Shown here piece after piece: positions 25,064 to 38,630 of a stretch of 64,000 nt of DNA. Source of the DNA: Thalia democratica (lineage: Eukaryota); assembly GCA_965202585.1 (NCBI GenBank), contig OZ241826.1, positions 94,054,001 through 94,118,000 of the forward strand. Direction: 5' to 3'. How positions within the stretch are numbered: the first letter of the stretch is position 1; the number at the start of each line of letters is the position of its first letter. The notes below the pieces were generated by a model. It did not search any database. It was not told the origin of the DNA and saw nothing but the letters and a program-made list of their open reading frames with translations. The translations under genes and the position numbers were made by a program.

Positions 25064-27568
25064 CAACTACATATTTAAACTCTTTTTTTCTATTCCTTTG
25101 CACTAATACTTTTAATTTTTCTAAAGCATTGTTTGAGAATTAGTTTTTATAAAGAAATAATACGGATTAAATCAACTATTATTGTTTTCACGTATACTTT
25201 TCTGAAATGTGTTGCTCATAAATATGAGAGTTAGCATAAAAAGTTACTATATTATGCATTTAGATTTGTGAGTTAAATTACACAAATCTAAACAAATAAG
25301 TCAGAGTTTCTAATTGGGTTTTGTAATTAATTAGTATAATATTGTTTTTTTTTTAAGTTTAACCAACTAATCCAAAAAAAAAACCCTTAACGTTTCATAT
25401 AATGCTTTAAGTTTCATTTTAAGATCTAATTTAACAATTAATTTAAGTTTCATATTTAGAACTAATTTAAGCATTTAAAGAACTTTATTATAAAGTTTGA
25501 CTTGATTTCTTAAAATTGTTAAACTTTTTTCATGCTCCTGTTTTTGACTTTTCTTGTTATTTAAAAATATTCTTTCTAACAAGCATAAAAACTTTACACA
25601 TACAAGATTAATTATTCAAAATTTTTATTTGTAAAACTAAGTTTCACCTTTTAGGGAGCTTCAGTTACAATTTAAATGTTTTTCAAGAAGTCAAGTTTCT
25701 TTTTGACAAGGTTTAAATTTTAACTGAAATGAAGATCCCATAAAGGGTAAAACTTAATTTTGCAAGTAAAAATATTGTATAATAAACGTTTTATATCTGT
25801 TATATGTATATTTTTATAGACAATTTAGCATATAATCATTATTTTTTAAAAAACTTAAAGTACAAGTTATATATATTTTATTAATCTTTAAAGTATAACT
25901 ATTTATATTTTGGAGACTAAAGTGCTTATCATTTATTTTTACTATTAATGATACAAATTTCAATACATTAAAAAAACTTTTGCAATATTTTATTTCGAAT
26001 AAACATTTTGAAAATAATATGCACTAACTGATTTTTCACTTTTTATTTTATAATTTATCTTTTAATCTTTAAACTCTTGTTAATTACACAGTTTTTATCA
26101 TCAAAATAATCTAGTAAACCTTCTTAATGTAAAACTGGTAACACTGAATTTTTTTTAAATCAAAAAATATTTTTGACATCTATTTTTTTAAAATATTATT
26201 ACTTAATTAAAAAAGATCTAATTTAGCAAATTAAAAACAAAGACTAAAAAATTTAAACGAAATTTTTTTTTTTAAATAAATCTTATTTTAGTTGAAAATG
26301 TTCTAATAATTTTATGTCTAAGAAATTGTAAAACATCTATAAAATCAAGTTTACGTCTAAATTACACTAATACGTTAAAATATAATAGTAAATATTATAG
26401 TATAATAGTAAGAAAAGTAATATAATTTATAACATAAATCGTCTTAACTTGAATTGTCGTGCACCCCTATAAAAGGATCAAGCTGAATCCGGTAGATCAC
26501 TTACTCCAGATGCTCCGGCCCGCTGAGGCTTATTTTTTTTTGGATCCGGTCCGTCAATTATTTACGTTGATCACCCCTAAATTAAAGCATAAAAAATTAG
26601 CTATCTTAAAAAAAAAAGTTTGATATCAATTTCTTGTAATGACTGGTTTGCAACAGTGAAACTCTGCTACCTTAAAAATTGAATGAGAAAAACGAATCAA
26701 GCCTTAGCTAACAAACAACTTTCTAAATCTACCAAACACTCAAAAACCACTACAAAAGGATATTATTGTAGTAATTGAATACACTTTTTAAACAGAGACG
26801 TTATAGACTTTTTCTTGAGATTATTGTTAAAAAATAAGTAAATAAATACTCAAAAGTTTACTAAAGAGGTTAGTGTTATAGAAGTTTCTCTTCGTTGAGT
26901 TTTAAATGTTGGATGGTGAATAAAGTAACAAAATTCTTGAAATAAATTCTAAAATTGCAGTTTCAAAATTTATTTTTTAATGCAGGTGTAAAAGGTATGT
27001 CCTAAGTTTATAGTATTATAGTTATACACTTTAATATTTGTTATAAATGAATACAAAAGGTTAAAACTCATTTGACTGAAACAAATTTTACTTATAAATT
27101 TTATTAGGTGTAAATAAGTTGAAGCATTTAATTTTTGATTCTATATAATTTATAGCTAAACTAAATAAAATATATAGATCTATTCTACATTATACAAGAT
27201 GCATGTTTAAAAAAAATATATGTTAAAAAATGTTGTTTAGTATTATAGTATAAAAAAAATATTTATTTTAAAATAAATTAAACAGTTTTTAGAACAAAAA
27301 ATCTAAATGCAGTACATTTTCTTAATTTAAAGATTGTAGCAGTTTCTAATTGGTTATATAAAAGAAGTCTTATGCACAACTTTCATCGTATTTTTTTTAA
27401 CTTTCACAATTATTCATTTATAAAGTTTTTATTCTAATATTTTTCTATAAACTAAATAAGTCATTTAATTTAAAGTACTTGTAATTTTTACATAGATTGT
27501 AAATATTTTAAAACTATAATCATAAATACTTTCAACAAACAAAAAACAAACATTTTTGTAAAAAAAAA

Positions 27569-28054
27569 ATGAGTGGCAACTTCAATCTGAACGAGCAAAC
27601 GGATGCTGCACGAGATTCACCTTCAGAAGGCCAAAGTGCACGAACAAGTCCAGTACAAGATAATGTACAAGAGGCAGACGTTATTAGACAGAGAATACCA
27701 GTATCAAGCGGCACTTTATCGAGCAAAGACAATTCAAATGAAAGTTTGGATACTTAAGCAGAAATTGCATCAGTACGAGCACGACTAGTAAGTCTTATAA
27801 TGCAACAAAGGGAGTTAGATGCCAGGCACAGGGAGTCAGTTTCTAGGCACAGGGAAGCAGCTGACAGGCAAAGGGAAGTAGCTTCCAGGCTCATGGAAGA
27901 ATATGCAAGGCTAAGGGAAGCAGTTGCCAGAGATCAATTTACTTGCGCGCCCGACAGAGGTCGTATGACGTCACGAAACATGCGAAATGGGTTTCAGAAA
28001 ACAAGACTCAATTCAGTTGGTGATGAGCCTTACTCTGATGGAGAAAATGATTAA
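27569..28054 (+). pseudogene. Orphan coiled-coil protein ORF (161 codons) interrupted by one TAA
   Basis: ORFs 27569-27757 and 27800-28054 are in the same frame (offset 231 nt), joined by AEIASVRARLVSLI. The region is clearly more GC-rich than its flanks and has heptads RHRESVS/RHREAAD/RQREVAS/RLMEEYA/RLREAVA. Confidence 0.75.
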
Positions 28055-28384
28055 ACTGTGTATTAATTTTTAATTTACAAAAAAGAAGTTTTCTAATAAA
28101 GCTTTCTTGATATAAATTAGTGACGTTTTAACTTTAAATCTCTAGAAATATATAATATCATTTTTATATGCTGTAAACAAACTATTGCGAACTATAAATA
28201 GTTTTATGCTTTTTAAGATACTTAATTAATTTTTTTTTTTTTTCGGCTATACAAATGAACAAGCTATTTTTTAATAAAATATATAAAACAACTTGAAGAT
28301 TTTCTTTTTTTTGTATTGAGTATAAGACATAATAAGACGTAGTAAACGAACGAAAGCTTAGTCTGGAAACTAATAACTTTGGGT

Positions 28385-28560
28385 AATAATGTTTAGTGTG
28401 CAGCAATATGATATTTTATGCATTTATTTGATTATTTCGTGGTAAATGCTTATCTATTAATTCTAGAAAATGCTTAACAATTTTGGTGTGTACAGATTTG
28501 ACAGAACTACAAGTATTATTACTCCTAGCTTTTTGAGCTTCGCATTGTTTTTCTAAATGC
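28385..28560 (-). mobile_element. Penelope-like retroelement fragment (post-RT linker)
   Basis: SVKSVHTKIVKHFLELIDKHLPRNNQ followed, after a frameshift, by ISYCCTLNI. This matches my recollection of the PLE motif FSKSVKTNIGK.FL.LIDKHFP.NN...KISYSCMPNI. Confidence 0.65.
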
Positions 28561-29397
28561 GTTAAGCTCAAAGCTTTGACTATAAAATATTTTTGGCACA
28601 AATACCTAGTGAGACCAATTAAATCGAAAGTTAAAAATTGTTAATTACATTTAGTATTTTTATAATGTCTTTTATCATAGTTTTTACACATTGGAACAAT
28701 AATACGTGAAAAATACGAAAAAGTATGACTTTTAGTAAAACCTATGTAAATCTAAGCTTATCTATCATTAGAAATGAAGATATAAGATTTTAAAACTGAG
28801 CGTGAATTAGTATTACATTGAAATAAGATTTGTAACTAAAAACTAAAGATTAAAACAAACACTGAGTATTGTTTTAGTACGTCTTTTTACTACGACGAAA
28901 ATATCAAGCTTTAGATAAAATAAAACTACCTTATAATAAAAATAACTTAAATGTTACAAGTAATTTTTCCTGGCTTTCATAAAATGATGTTAGCTGATGA
29001 GATAGAACAAGTACAATCAAAGATATTACATTACAAGTTTTTATTAATCCGTGTAATATTTAAAACTAGAAGCGAGTTAGAAAAAAGGAGTAAATTTGAA
29101 AGTTTGCCTAAGTTTCTACAAAGTATATATGATTAAACTGAAGCTTTATGTAAACTTGAGATTTTTAGAGTCTTTTTTTAGTGTAAGTTCCCTTTCAAAA
29201 AAGTTTCTTCTAGTAACAAATTGTTTTTGTATCTTATCCAAATTAACTAAAGCTTTGCAATAAAATTTCTATCGAGTCATCTTAAGTTTTAAAAATCCTA
29301 AAGAAAATTTTAAACTAGCTGTGACTCCTGCCTAGTTGAAACATACTTGTGTTTAAGTTACGCACATCTTGAAAAGGACTTTAATGTACTAATAACA

Positions 29398-29809
29398 GGT
29401 GCACGACTATTCAAATTCGGATATTTCAATTTCCGACAATTCAAACTCTTAAAAAAATAGAAAGGGGCACTACTAAAAAGGTAATGTGTATTTGTCAAAT
29501 ATAAAAAATACTTATGTAGGTCCTATTAATACCTACTAGCCATTTTTTTCTTTTGGCAAAACATAGAAATTATTTTGAGATATGGTTTAAATTAAATTAA
29601 AAACATATATATTTCTAGTAAGTTTTGTATATCTTATAAACTAATTAAGATTTTGAAAAAATGAAAAAATGGCTTGTAGATATTAATAAGATCTACATAA
29701 GAATTTTTTTTTATTTTTATTATATATTTAGATATAGTCTTTTAATTCGTTTTATAATAAATTGAATTGTCTGAGTTTGAGTTGTCCGAATTTAAATTCT
29801 CATGTAACC
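29398..29809. mobile_element. Degenerate ~410-bp MITE
   Basis: ttcaaattcggatatttcaatttccgacaattcaaa at ~29405-29445 is the inverted counterpart of gaattgtctgagtttgagttgtccgaatttaaa at ~29765-29797. Superfamily and TSD uncertain. Confidence 0.6.
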
Positions 29810-30148
29810 ACTTAAAACCTAGAACTGTCAATATCGGATTTTTAGCAATTTTCCTCTAATTTAACAAATTTCAACTAATTTGCCTATTTTTTATGGATCT
29901 ACAAATATGCATCAAATGAGTAATTTTTAAATCGTTATAAAAATGTCCGGCTGTATATAGGACTATTTAGTATTTTGTGCTTTTAAAAAATTCTACAATA
30001 CTCGCTTAAAAGAAATAAGGTATTTTACACTTACTGTAAATAATATATTTAACTTATCGCACGAGAAATTGTTATAATACTAGACATTAACGTACCAGAT
30101 TTTTGAATTAGTTAAAATTTTGTATTTTTGCTAAAATTATTCTTTCAG

Positions 30149-30509
30149 GTGGTTAAAAAAAGTTAACAGGTCATTTAAAATCAATCGAAGCGTATGATCA
30201 TCATGATAAAAAATGAAACTATTTTCCTGATATGGTGGAGGCAAGAGTTCGTCATTCATTAGTTACTTTAGGCAACAAAGTGTTTGCAATTGGTGGATAT
30301 TATAAATTTTGCTGAGAAGCTTTTGATAAAATAAGTAGTAAATTCACCTTGATTACTAATGTGCAAAAACTTACGAGATTTATACACGGTATTGAAGAAG
30401 GTGCTTGTTGTGTTGGTGATAAGATTGTTTAGTTGGTATTTTTACCAAGAATAAAATTGAGTTAATCGAGTACGACACTAAAACTGATGTGTTCAATACA
30501 AAAATTTAA
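30149..30509 (+). pseudogene. Kelch-repeat pseudo-exon, paralogous to the C-terminus of the intact Kelch gene
   Basis: After ttctttcAG the frame reads GG*KKLTGHLKSIEAYDHHDKK*NYFPDMVEARVRHSLVTLGNKVFAIGGYYKFC*EAFDKISSKF..CCVGDKIV*, then shifts frame to IELIEYDTKTDVF. It aligns to SGGFNGGSLNTVEAYDHIADEWTYMPSMKERASMHSLIAIKNKLFAIG. Four stops and one frameshift. Confidence 0.88.
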
Positions 30510-31009
30510 TAACCTTCAACAATATGTATTTAGTTATCTTGGAGATCATAAACTTCCTTTTGCTTTTGACGAAAGTGTTAATAATTTTTTGTGTTTAATT
30601 ATTAAATTACGTTCTAATAAAATATATGTTATCTGGTTACATTTTTATTTCTTGACTTAGAAACCAGAGAAAAAACATGTATCTCAAAATAAAGTTACGT
30701 ATTTAGCCCAAGAGTACTGTTGTGAAACTTGTTATTGTTCTCACTGCATTAAGGTACTTAAAAAACCTTTTCCACTTATTAACAAAAAAAAAACATTTTT
30801 ATAAAAACTAGTATGTACAGTTTTGAAAGTGAAATTATGGTGCTAAAAATGAAGGCCCTTCGTATTTAAGCGTAAAAGCATTATGAAAAAAGTAGAATTA
30901 CTTTGCTAATTTGATAGAAATAATGTATTACCATTTAATAGTTACAATAGTCATCAAAATATTGGAAATATTAATCAAACCAGATTTTTTCTTTAGGTAT
31001 TTTTTTGTA

Positions 31010-31093
31010 ATTAACTGGATAGCTTTTGATAAAATAAGTCGTAAATTTGCATACATCACCACTGTGCAAACATTTACAAGATATAACAGTTAA
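31010..31093 (+). pseudogene. Second short Kelch fragment
   Basis: WIAFDKISRKFAYITTVQTFTRY matches *EAFDKISSKFTLITNVQKLTRF at ~30313-30385. Confidence 0.65.
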
Positions 31094-31155
31094 GGAGTGA
31101 CATAATTCTTTATATTTAAACAACATAAAAAAAATCACAAAAAAAAACCTATTCA

Positions 31156-31482
31156 AACAGGTCGGCAAATTTGGTTCCGTAAATTTTTTTCAGCTAAGAG
31201 GATATCTATTTTAATTATAAAAAAAAAAACTCACTACTCATTTCTATATCTACCTAGTTTAATCACTAGTGCTTTTTAATGCTAATTAAATTACACACTT
31301 GAACTAATTAGAATTTCAAACAACTGCAACTCCCGCCAAGTTTCTTATTATAGATCTACCCGTGATAATTTTCTACTAAGAAATTTTCCATGTTTGATTA
31401 AAAAGTTAGTTTTATTTAGTTAATTAGAATTATTTTAAAGAACTGCGGACCATTCTAAACTATAAATTGCTGCCGACTTTTA
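31156..31482. mobile_element. Possible eroded hAT MITE
   Basis: caggtcggcaaa on the left and ctgccgactt on the right resemble CAGGGGTCGGCAA TIRs. No TSD. Confidence 0.3.
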
Positions 31483-31949
31483 TACTAGAAGGGTTTGAGA
31501 AAATAAAGACTAGAACATTATGAGTGTTTTTTTTTCGACGTATATTTATACTGCCTGATTTTTAAACTAATTAAATATTTTTTTGCTTAAATTAATTGAA
31601 GTTAAGATTTGTTAGTTGTCGACACAGTACTAATTAATAGAAAGTTTTTTCTTTACAGGTGTGAGCAACTTTTTTCTTTGGTAAACCAAAAAGCTCATAG
31701 CAGCTTTCTTTTTCAAAGATTTATTGTTTAAATTTATTAATTTTTTTCACTTTCAAACTATTTCATATAAAATCTTAACTTACTATTAACCAAACTCTTT
31801 ACTTAGTTTAATGTTATAAAGTATAAATTATTCTACTTAGTTTTACTTGAATACTCATAACTAAAATAAAAAGTAAATGTTTGTACTATGTAAATTTTTG
31901 TTATTATTTTAAAATTTTATACGTTTAAAATTCACAGTAAAAATATTAT

Positions 31950-34900
31950 AATATTTGTAATGTACAACTTAATACTCAAATTGTCCTTAACTTATGTTAA
32001 TGATTTTTTTGACTTTTTTGTCTTTATCTCAATTGCAATATAAAAGAAGATATTGAAATTTTGAAAACTAAACCAGCAAAACTTTTAATTTTCACTAGTT
32101 ACAATTGTTGAAGTACTTTAAAATTTTTGTCTGCAATCAAGCAGAATGTAATTTAAAAGAAAATTTGTAGAAATGAGTACAGTTTTAAATTAAAATCTAC
32201 AATTGTAAGTGTATTTCTTATTTTATTTGTTTAAACTTTTATCTATTATGGGTTATTTTAACAAAAGTTTACTTAAAAATAATATGAAGAATCAAAATTT
32301 ATCGTACTATGCACTCTGCCACGCTTAATGACGTCATAAGATTTTTACACACAAAATAAAATTTAAGTATTAGAATGTATAGAGATTTTTTTGACGTTAA
32401 ACAAACGTTTCAGTTTGTAGTAAAACCTACTTTAAAAATTTTGAAGGTACAGTAATGTACTTTGTTTTTTTCTAATCTTGCATATGTTAGATATACATAA
32501 GTTAAAGAACTATGCGAACTATAATACAACAGATATGTAAAATATTAAAATATGTCGTCAGTCAGTGCTTGTATTATACAGGTTATTACCAATTAGATAA
32601 ACAATATAGTACAATCTGTAAGTAGAAAAAAGTTAAAATTAAGATTTTATGTCAATATTAGTATAACTCATCATGACTTTTTGTAAAGCTTAGTGTAAAA
32701 GTTTTTTAAGTTAATACAAGCACTATATTTGTATTTTAAAATCAAAGTTGTAATTGAAATATTTTTTAAGTTTTAGTTCTAAAACAAAACCTTTTTTTTT
32801 ATCAAGTTAAAAACTTAATTTTTCCGTAACTATGAAAATAAACAACAATGTTTAATATGTTTATTTTTGATAAAACTTTATCATGTTGTTTTTAAATATT
32901 TTTTTAGTTATAATTTAACTTTTTACAACTTAATCATAAAATATTTTGTATGTTAAATTTAGCTTTTGTTTTAATCATACATTTTATAACTGTATATGTG
33001 TTTTAAAAATTGACTTTAAACAATTTTAAAACAAAAATAGGAAAATACTAATGAGTTTTTACGTTGAAGAAAGTTAAATGTAGTTTGTTATTATTTTAAA
33101 CCGCCTACAAAAGTTACTTTCAGAGATTTTGTAATTTTTTCATTTTCTTAATAAGTTGTAGTTTTCAACTAAAAAAAAACACTATTTAACTCTAAAAAAC
33201 ATTTAAATCTAAATGTTATGTCGTTTTATATTCATTTGTTAGAGTAGTTTTACTAAAGTAACCTTATATTGATTAAATGTTGTTTGTTAAAAATAATATA
33301 ATAAATTTTTGTTTTTTCTTGATTAGTTTACGTAAAAAAATTTAATTATAAAACTTAATTTGTCAAGTTTTTTTGATCAGTTATTAGTACAAATAACAAT
33401 AATAGTAAAAAAATAATTCTGGGAATGGAATTAGTTTACATTTTAAATACAAAAGTTTTGTTAGTTAGTATTTCAAGATAAAAAAACACGAGGTAACCTT
33501 GACAGTTATTATCAAGTTACGTTTTCAAATAGTTATAACAATAAATTTAAATTTTATTTGCAAAAGTTTAACACCTGATAAAAAATATTACTTTTGGTTT
33601 TATTTTTTACACTAACACTATCTATGTTACAAAAGAAAATAAAAGACTGGTTATAAATGTTTTTAGTTTTAGTTTAGTCTCAAAGTATTAAATTCAAGTT
33701 ATATTTATGATTTTTACGTACTGTTTAATTAATTAGTTTAACTTAGTAATTAATCCTTTATCTTCAAAATAATTAACTAATGTGGTGCAGACTGTGAGCT
33801 GTTTCAAACTGAAATAAATTAAAATGCCAATTAACTGTTTTTCATAAGGTTTTTAAGCTTAAAAACTTGAAAGTTTTTTACAAAATTTAAGTTTTATAAC
33901 AATATTCTTTACTATCGAGCTATTGATAAAAAATACGTTAGCTAGCAAACTTTTCATATTTGGGCACTATGACCAAAGCCACAAAATCAATAAATACAAG
34001 AGTAGTAATAAAACTGAAATTTAATATTTTCCTGTACAAAATGATTCACAACAAGTTAACTACAAAAGTTTGTGGAACAACTAATAACTGATTTTAAAAC
34101 CACAAACAAAGCAAAACAACATCATAAAAATAATTACTTACGTAAAATTTTCCATAGCTAAATTAAGTTCAAGTCATAATATGATTGTGTAAACTGGTGA
34201 CAGACGATTTTTTACAGACCAGTTTTTTTACACTTTGATACATGAATAAGGTTTATAAACTTAGCGCTTCCACAATCTAAATCCCTTAGGTACTGGGATG
34301 GCTAAACTGCTGCCCACAGGCAAAATCGGTGTGAAAAAAGAGGCCCGCAACTGACCATTTATCTGTTTGAAAATTACTACCAAAAATAGTTGTTGTGGTG
34401 GGAATTAAATTTTAATATGGAAATTGATAAATGTCACCATTTATTTTAGTTGTTTTGAAAAATGCTGTTTACTGCGATCCAGGGAATACTTATACTGAAG
34501 ATAGAAGCCAATTGTAAATATTATAAATAAAGGTACTTTATTTTATAACTATGACTATATATACATTTTATTTAATAACTAGTCTGAAGATAGTTTTTAA
34601 AAAAGGTAATTCCAGCAACAACAAAACACTATTGATATATAGATAACTTATTTATTAGTTGTAAAACTCAAACATTTTATTATACAACGTAAAGATCAAA
34701 AATAATAGTAAGTAATAACGTTATACAAAATACCAGCTAACGTTTAGTAATCAATCCTTACGAAAATTCGAACTATATTTGAACATCGATCAGCATTCTT
34801 GATAAACTGTCTGAAAGCAGCAACAGATCCATTCAATAATGCTTCAGGAATCAAATTATTTTCACCGAATACCGTATAAAAACAACTGATTCTTTCATTT

Positions 34901-36720
34901 TCAATGTAGCGTTTCATATCATTATATGAGGTCTGACAACTAGAGGTAACAAAAATTTTTATAAAACTTGCCAAACAAAATTCATACACTGTTGAATCAA
35001 GTAAAGCCCAGTTGAAATTTTTACGGTTAACCAACCTGGTTATCGTACAGCCATTTCTACCATCCATCGGTTGAATGTCGAGCAAACCTCTAAATTGGTA
35101 ATCCATGTCAAAATTATGAGGAAGAGCTGTTGAAATAGAGTTAAATTGTTTGATTGAGTAACTAAGCTGATCTAAAAATTTTAATCAAAAATCAGGTTAC
35201 ATTTACCGAAGTAAAAGTAATTAAATATATAATGCTAACTTATTCTAATTGGGACCAAAATTTTAAGAATTAAACTACGAAACAATCTGTTAACTCAAAG
35301 TTGAAATTAAAAAAAAATATTAGCTAGTATACAACTGTTTTGAATTATATTAATCATCAATACGTTTAAATTTTAAGTTTATTCAAACTTAAAATTTTTT
35401 AACTTTTCAAGTTTCGTTGTTAAAAAACGTATTAAATATAGCAAATATTTTAATTTTGTTTATTTTAAATAGAACAAAAATTTCCTCAAGAATTATAAAA
35501 CTATAAACAATTAAAATAAAGAGAACAGTATTTATATATTTCAAGTATTATGATACTCATTCAAGTCATCTAGTATGCTGCGTATTCTATATTATTATTT
35601 ATATTTATCTAAAATAATTTTTGATATTAGTACTAAAACTTATTTAAATTATAAATTCATCTATACTGAATTGTAGATTTCAATTATAATCTTTCTAATT
35701 AAAGTCTAACAAACTAACTAAAGTTCAGGATGTAAAGAAACAAGAGAGCACATTTTAACGTCTTAATTATAAAATATTATATCTGGAACTTGTCTTTAAA
35801 AAATTACTAATTATAAAATAATTTAACTATTTTAAAACATGTGTAAAATTCAAAATTTTGATGAATTTTTAGTACAAAACCTACTAAATGTAGTTAACTT
35901 TTAGATGAATGATATTGTAAAAAAAACGTACATCTAAAACTATAATATAATTTAAAAAATGTTGTAATAGAACTAAAACAACTATTTTTATAATAAAGCT
36001 TATACACTTGCCAAAAATATATTGAATTGAATAGACAAGTTAGAATCTATCTAATAACAGTGACACAAAATCTCTATGAATAACTAATTTACATTTATTC
36101 AACAAACTTTATTGATTGTTACTTGAAAGATGACAAAACTTGAGGTAATTTACAAATGTACAAACAAGACAGTAATAATTTAACTGATAGTTTTTAAATA
36201 GTTATAGCAGTACTTTTCAAAAAATATTTACAAAAGTTGAACATGTGGTATAAAATAACGCAGATACTTTTGTTTTCATCTTTTACACTAACATAATCTA
36301 TGTTATACCAAATAATTACATTCTAATTATAACTGATTTAAGTTTTTAATTAATTCAAATCATTTTTAAGATTAACTTTAGGTACTTATTACAATATGTC
36401 ATACAAAAAACTATAATCATAATAATCCTAGTAAAACTAAAGTTAAAAAATAATTTATACTCAATATGTAGACGAAAAAATACTTCAATTAATTATTATT
36501 TTAAGTTTGTCAATTATAAAAGTTTTAATACTTAAATGTATTTAACTTAAACTAATTAACTTAAATGAATATATTAAATATGTTTTTAATTAAGTATTTT
36601 TTGTTCTATTCATAAAATGTACTGATCATTAAACTATCAAAGTATATCAGTTTCAAAACATATCCCCTAAATACAAAGTTAGAAACATGATAGAGTTTTA
36701 ATAAATTTAGTAAATCTTTC
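31950..36720 (-). repeat. Segmental duplication block B, copy 2 (inverted)
   Basis: Reverse complement of ~51970-57050 and, over 33630-36720, of 7440-12810. Example: ctctgccacgcttaatgacgtcataag at ~32313 vs cttatgacgtcactaagcgtggcagag at ~56604. Confidence 0.9.
34744..35106 (-). CDS. Orphan 120-aa protein, copy 2 (intact)
   Basis: Complete ATG..TAA ORF with 100/120 residues identical to copy 3 (my count). No indels in the ORF although the flanks have many. Upstream atttcaacAG acceptor-like site is conserved with copy 1. Confidence 0.85.
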   Translation of the reverse strand: MDYQFRGLLDIQPMDGRNGCTITRLVNRKNFNWALLDSTVYEFCLASFIKIFVTSSCQTSYNDMKRYIENERISCFYTVFGENNLIPEALLNGSVAAFRQFIKNADRCSNIVRIFVRIDY

Positions 36721-36882
36721 AATCTAAATGTTGCTAACTTCAACAAACTGTTCTCTAAAATAAAGCTTAATTTAATCAAAATAAAGCAAACAAGTCAACT
36801 GACTAAGATGAGGCATACAAGTAATTTCAAATCATTATACTAAAATATATTTAAAAATTCTATAAAAAATTTATAGAAGTGT

Positions 36883-37193
36883 TTATATCTCTAATTTTTT
36901 AGTAAAACTTTTGCAAATATAATTTTTATTACTCCACTGTTCACGAGAAAGTCGGAAAAACAAATCCCTGCAAAATTTCCGACATATTTTAATAAAATTT
37001 GTTGAAGAAGGAGTTGCTTGTCGACGAAAGCACAAACGAAAACAATAACAAATCGCCAAAAAATCAGCAGGTACTTCTTGAGTAAGAGTTTGCATCAAAG
37101 AGTTTGTGATGATGAGGAAGAAAAAGTTTGGATCGGAGATAGCTGAGAACAGTTCAAAGAGCTTTCTTTGAAGAACAAGATCCAAGCGATTAC
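36883..37193 (-). other. GC-elevated coding-like island, possibly an exon, unidentified
   Basis: A 100-codon open frame follows ctaacAG at ~37195. Other frames on both strands are also nearly open and I recognise no motif. Confidence 0.25.
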
Positions 37194-38630
37194 CTGTTAG
37201 TTTAATTTTTTTTTCTATTTTTATTACTATTTTGCTTATCTAAATTTATAAAACTCTGATATACTGATAACATTTTATTTATATGTTTAGTATACATATG
37301 CACTGTATTTTTCATACAAAAAAAAACTATCTTTTAATTTGCTAACAGCTGTTTCAACGCTTAAAGCGTTTATTTGTTTATTTTTAAATCTTATTGTATA
37401 TCTAAATTACTTTTGCTTATTTATCTTTTAGTAGATGGAGCTATAAATCACAGTCAGCAGTTAGGTAAAACAAATTATATTTTGTATCGTATCGTTTTTT
37501 ATCAAAGTATATTTGTTTTTATACTTTATAACGCAGTACTTAGTGACTAAAACAGTAAAAGTTTTTTTGAAATGAAAAAACAACTCGATAAATTATAAGC
37601 TATTCGACTAAAAAAACATATATCAATGTTCAAAAAATCAAATGTGGTTGTTTAAAAAAGATATATTTTTAACTTTGATTATTTAATTTAAGTAAAAAAA
37701 TCTTATATAAAATGTTGGTTTAAACTTTTTTTTGATTTTAATTGATTCTAAACTGCTGTAGTTTTATATTACTTGAGTTTATACGTATTTTCAACGTTTT
37801 TAAATACTTTTTTGACATAAAGTTTAAAATTTGTAGCAGAAAAATTTCTTTGAAATTATTTTTAAATCGAATTAAGTTTAATCAAAAATAAATATATACC
37901 TAGTATGACCAAAGCACCTTAGTTGCTTATGTTTTTTAACTTTTAAAATAAACTTTTTATAAGCTCTATTGTTAAAAAAATTCTCCTGTTTCTTTTAACC
38001 AAGAAAGTTTATTTTAAGTGTTAAATATTTAATTAACTAAATATAATTACTTTTTAAACCTTTTTTGGTTATATAGATAGTTTTCAAACACTGTACTAAT
38101 AAATTATTGAAAATAAGAATGAGTAATTGTAGGCCTTACTACATTTTAGTAATAAAAATATTTGTTGTTACATTTCAGACTGAGAAAAAAAAAAGTTATA
38201 CTGTTAATACCGATATTTTTATAAGCTCAAAGGTGGTAAGACCACTTAAAAAACATTTCTCAAATAAACTAATTTAAGTGATGTATTAAACAGCTAGTAA
38301 CAAAATAAAAATACTATACTTAACTAATATATCATGGATATCATTTTATGTTAACTTTTTGCCTTTCTTAATATTTAGTATAGTTTAACTTCACTATAAA
38401 CATTAAAACATTTAATTGTTAAACTAATAAGTTTTTATACATCTTGAAAGCATTTTAAAGCTATTTAAAAATTCTGCTAAAAACTTAGTTTAAAAGCTGA
38501 AGTCATAACAAGAAACAATAACTTATTAGAAAAATTTTTTTGGAATCCTGAAAACTTTAATTATTTCTTCTTATATGTATTCTCTTAATGTATTCTTGAA
38601 AACAGTTCTTGACATGACTTTAAACTGTAT

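Noticed and set aside
25258-25292. Local palindrome tttagatttgtg..cacaaatctaaa
   Set aside because: A single AT-rich hairpin with no second copy or informative context.
27532-27788. ORFs 27532-27732 (-) and 27603-27788 (+)
   Set aside because: They are alternative frames over the coiled-coil ORF, which has the coherent ATG-to-stop frame and periodicity.
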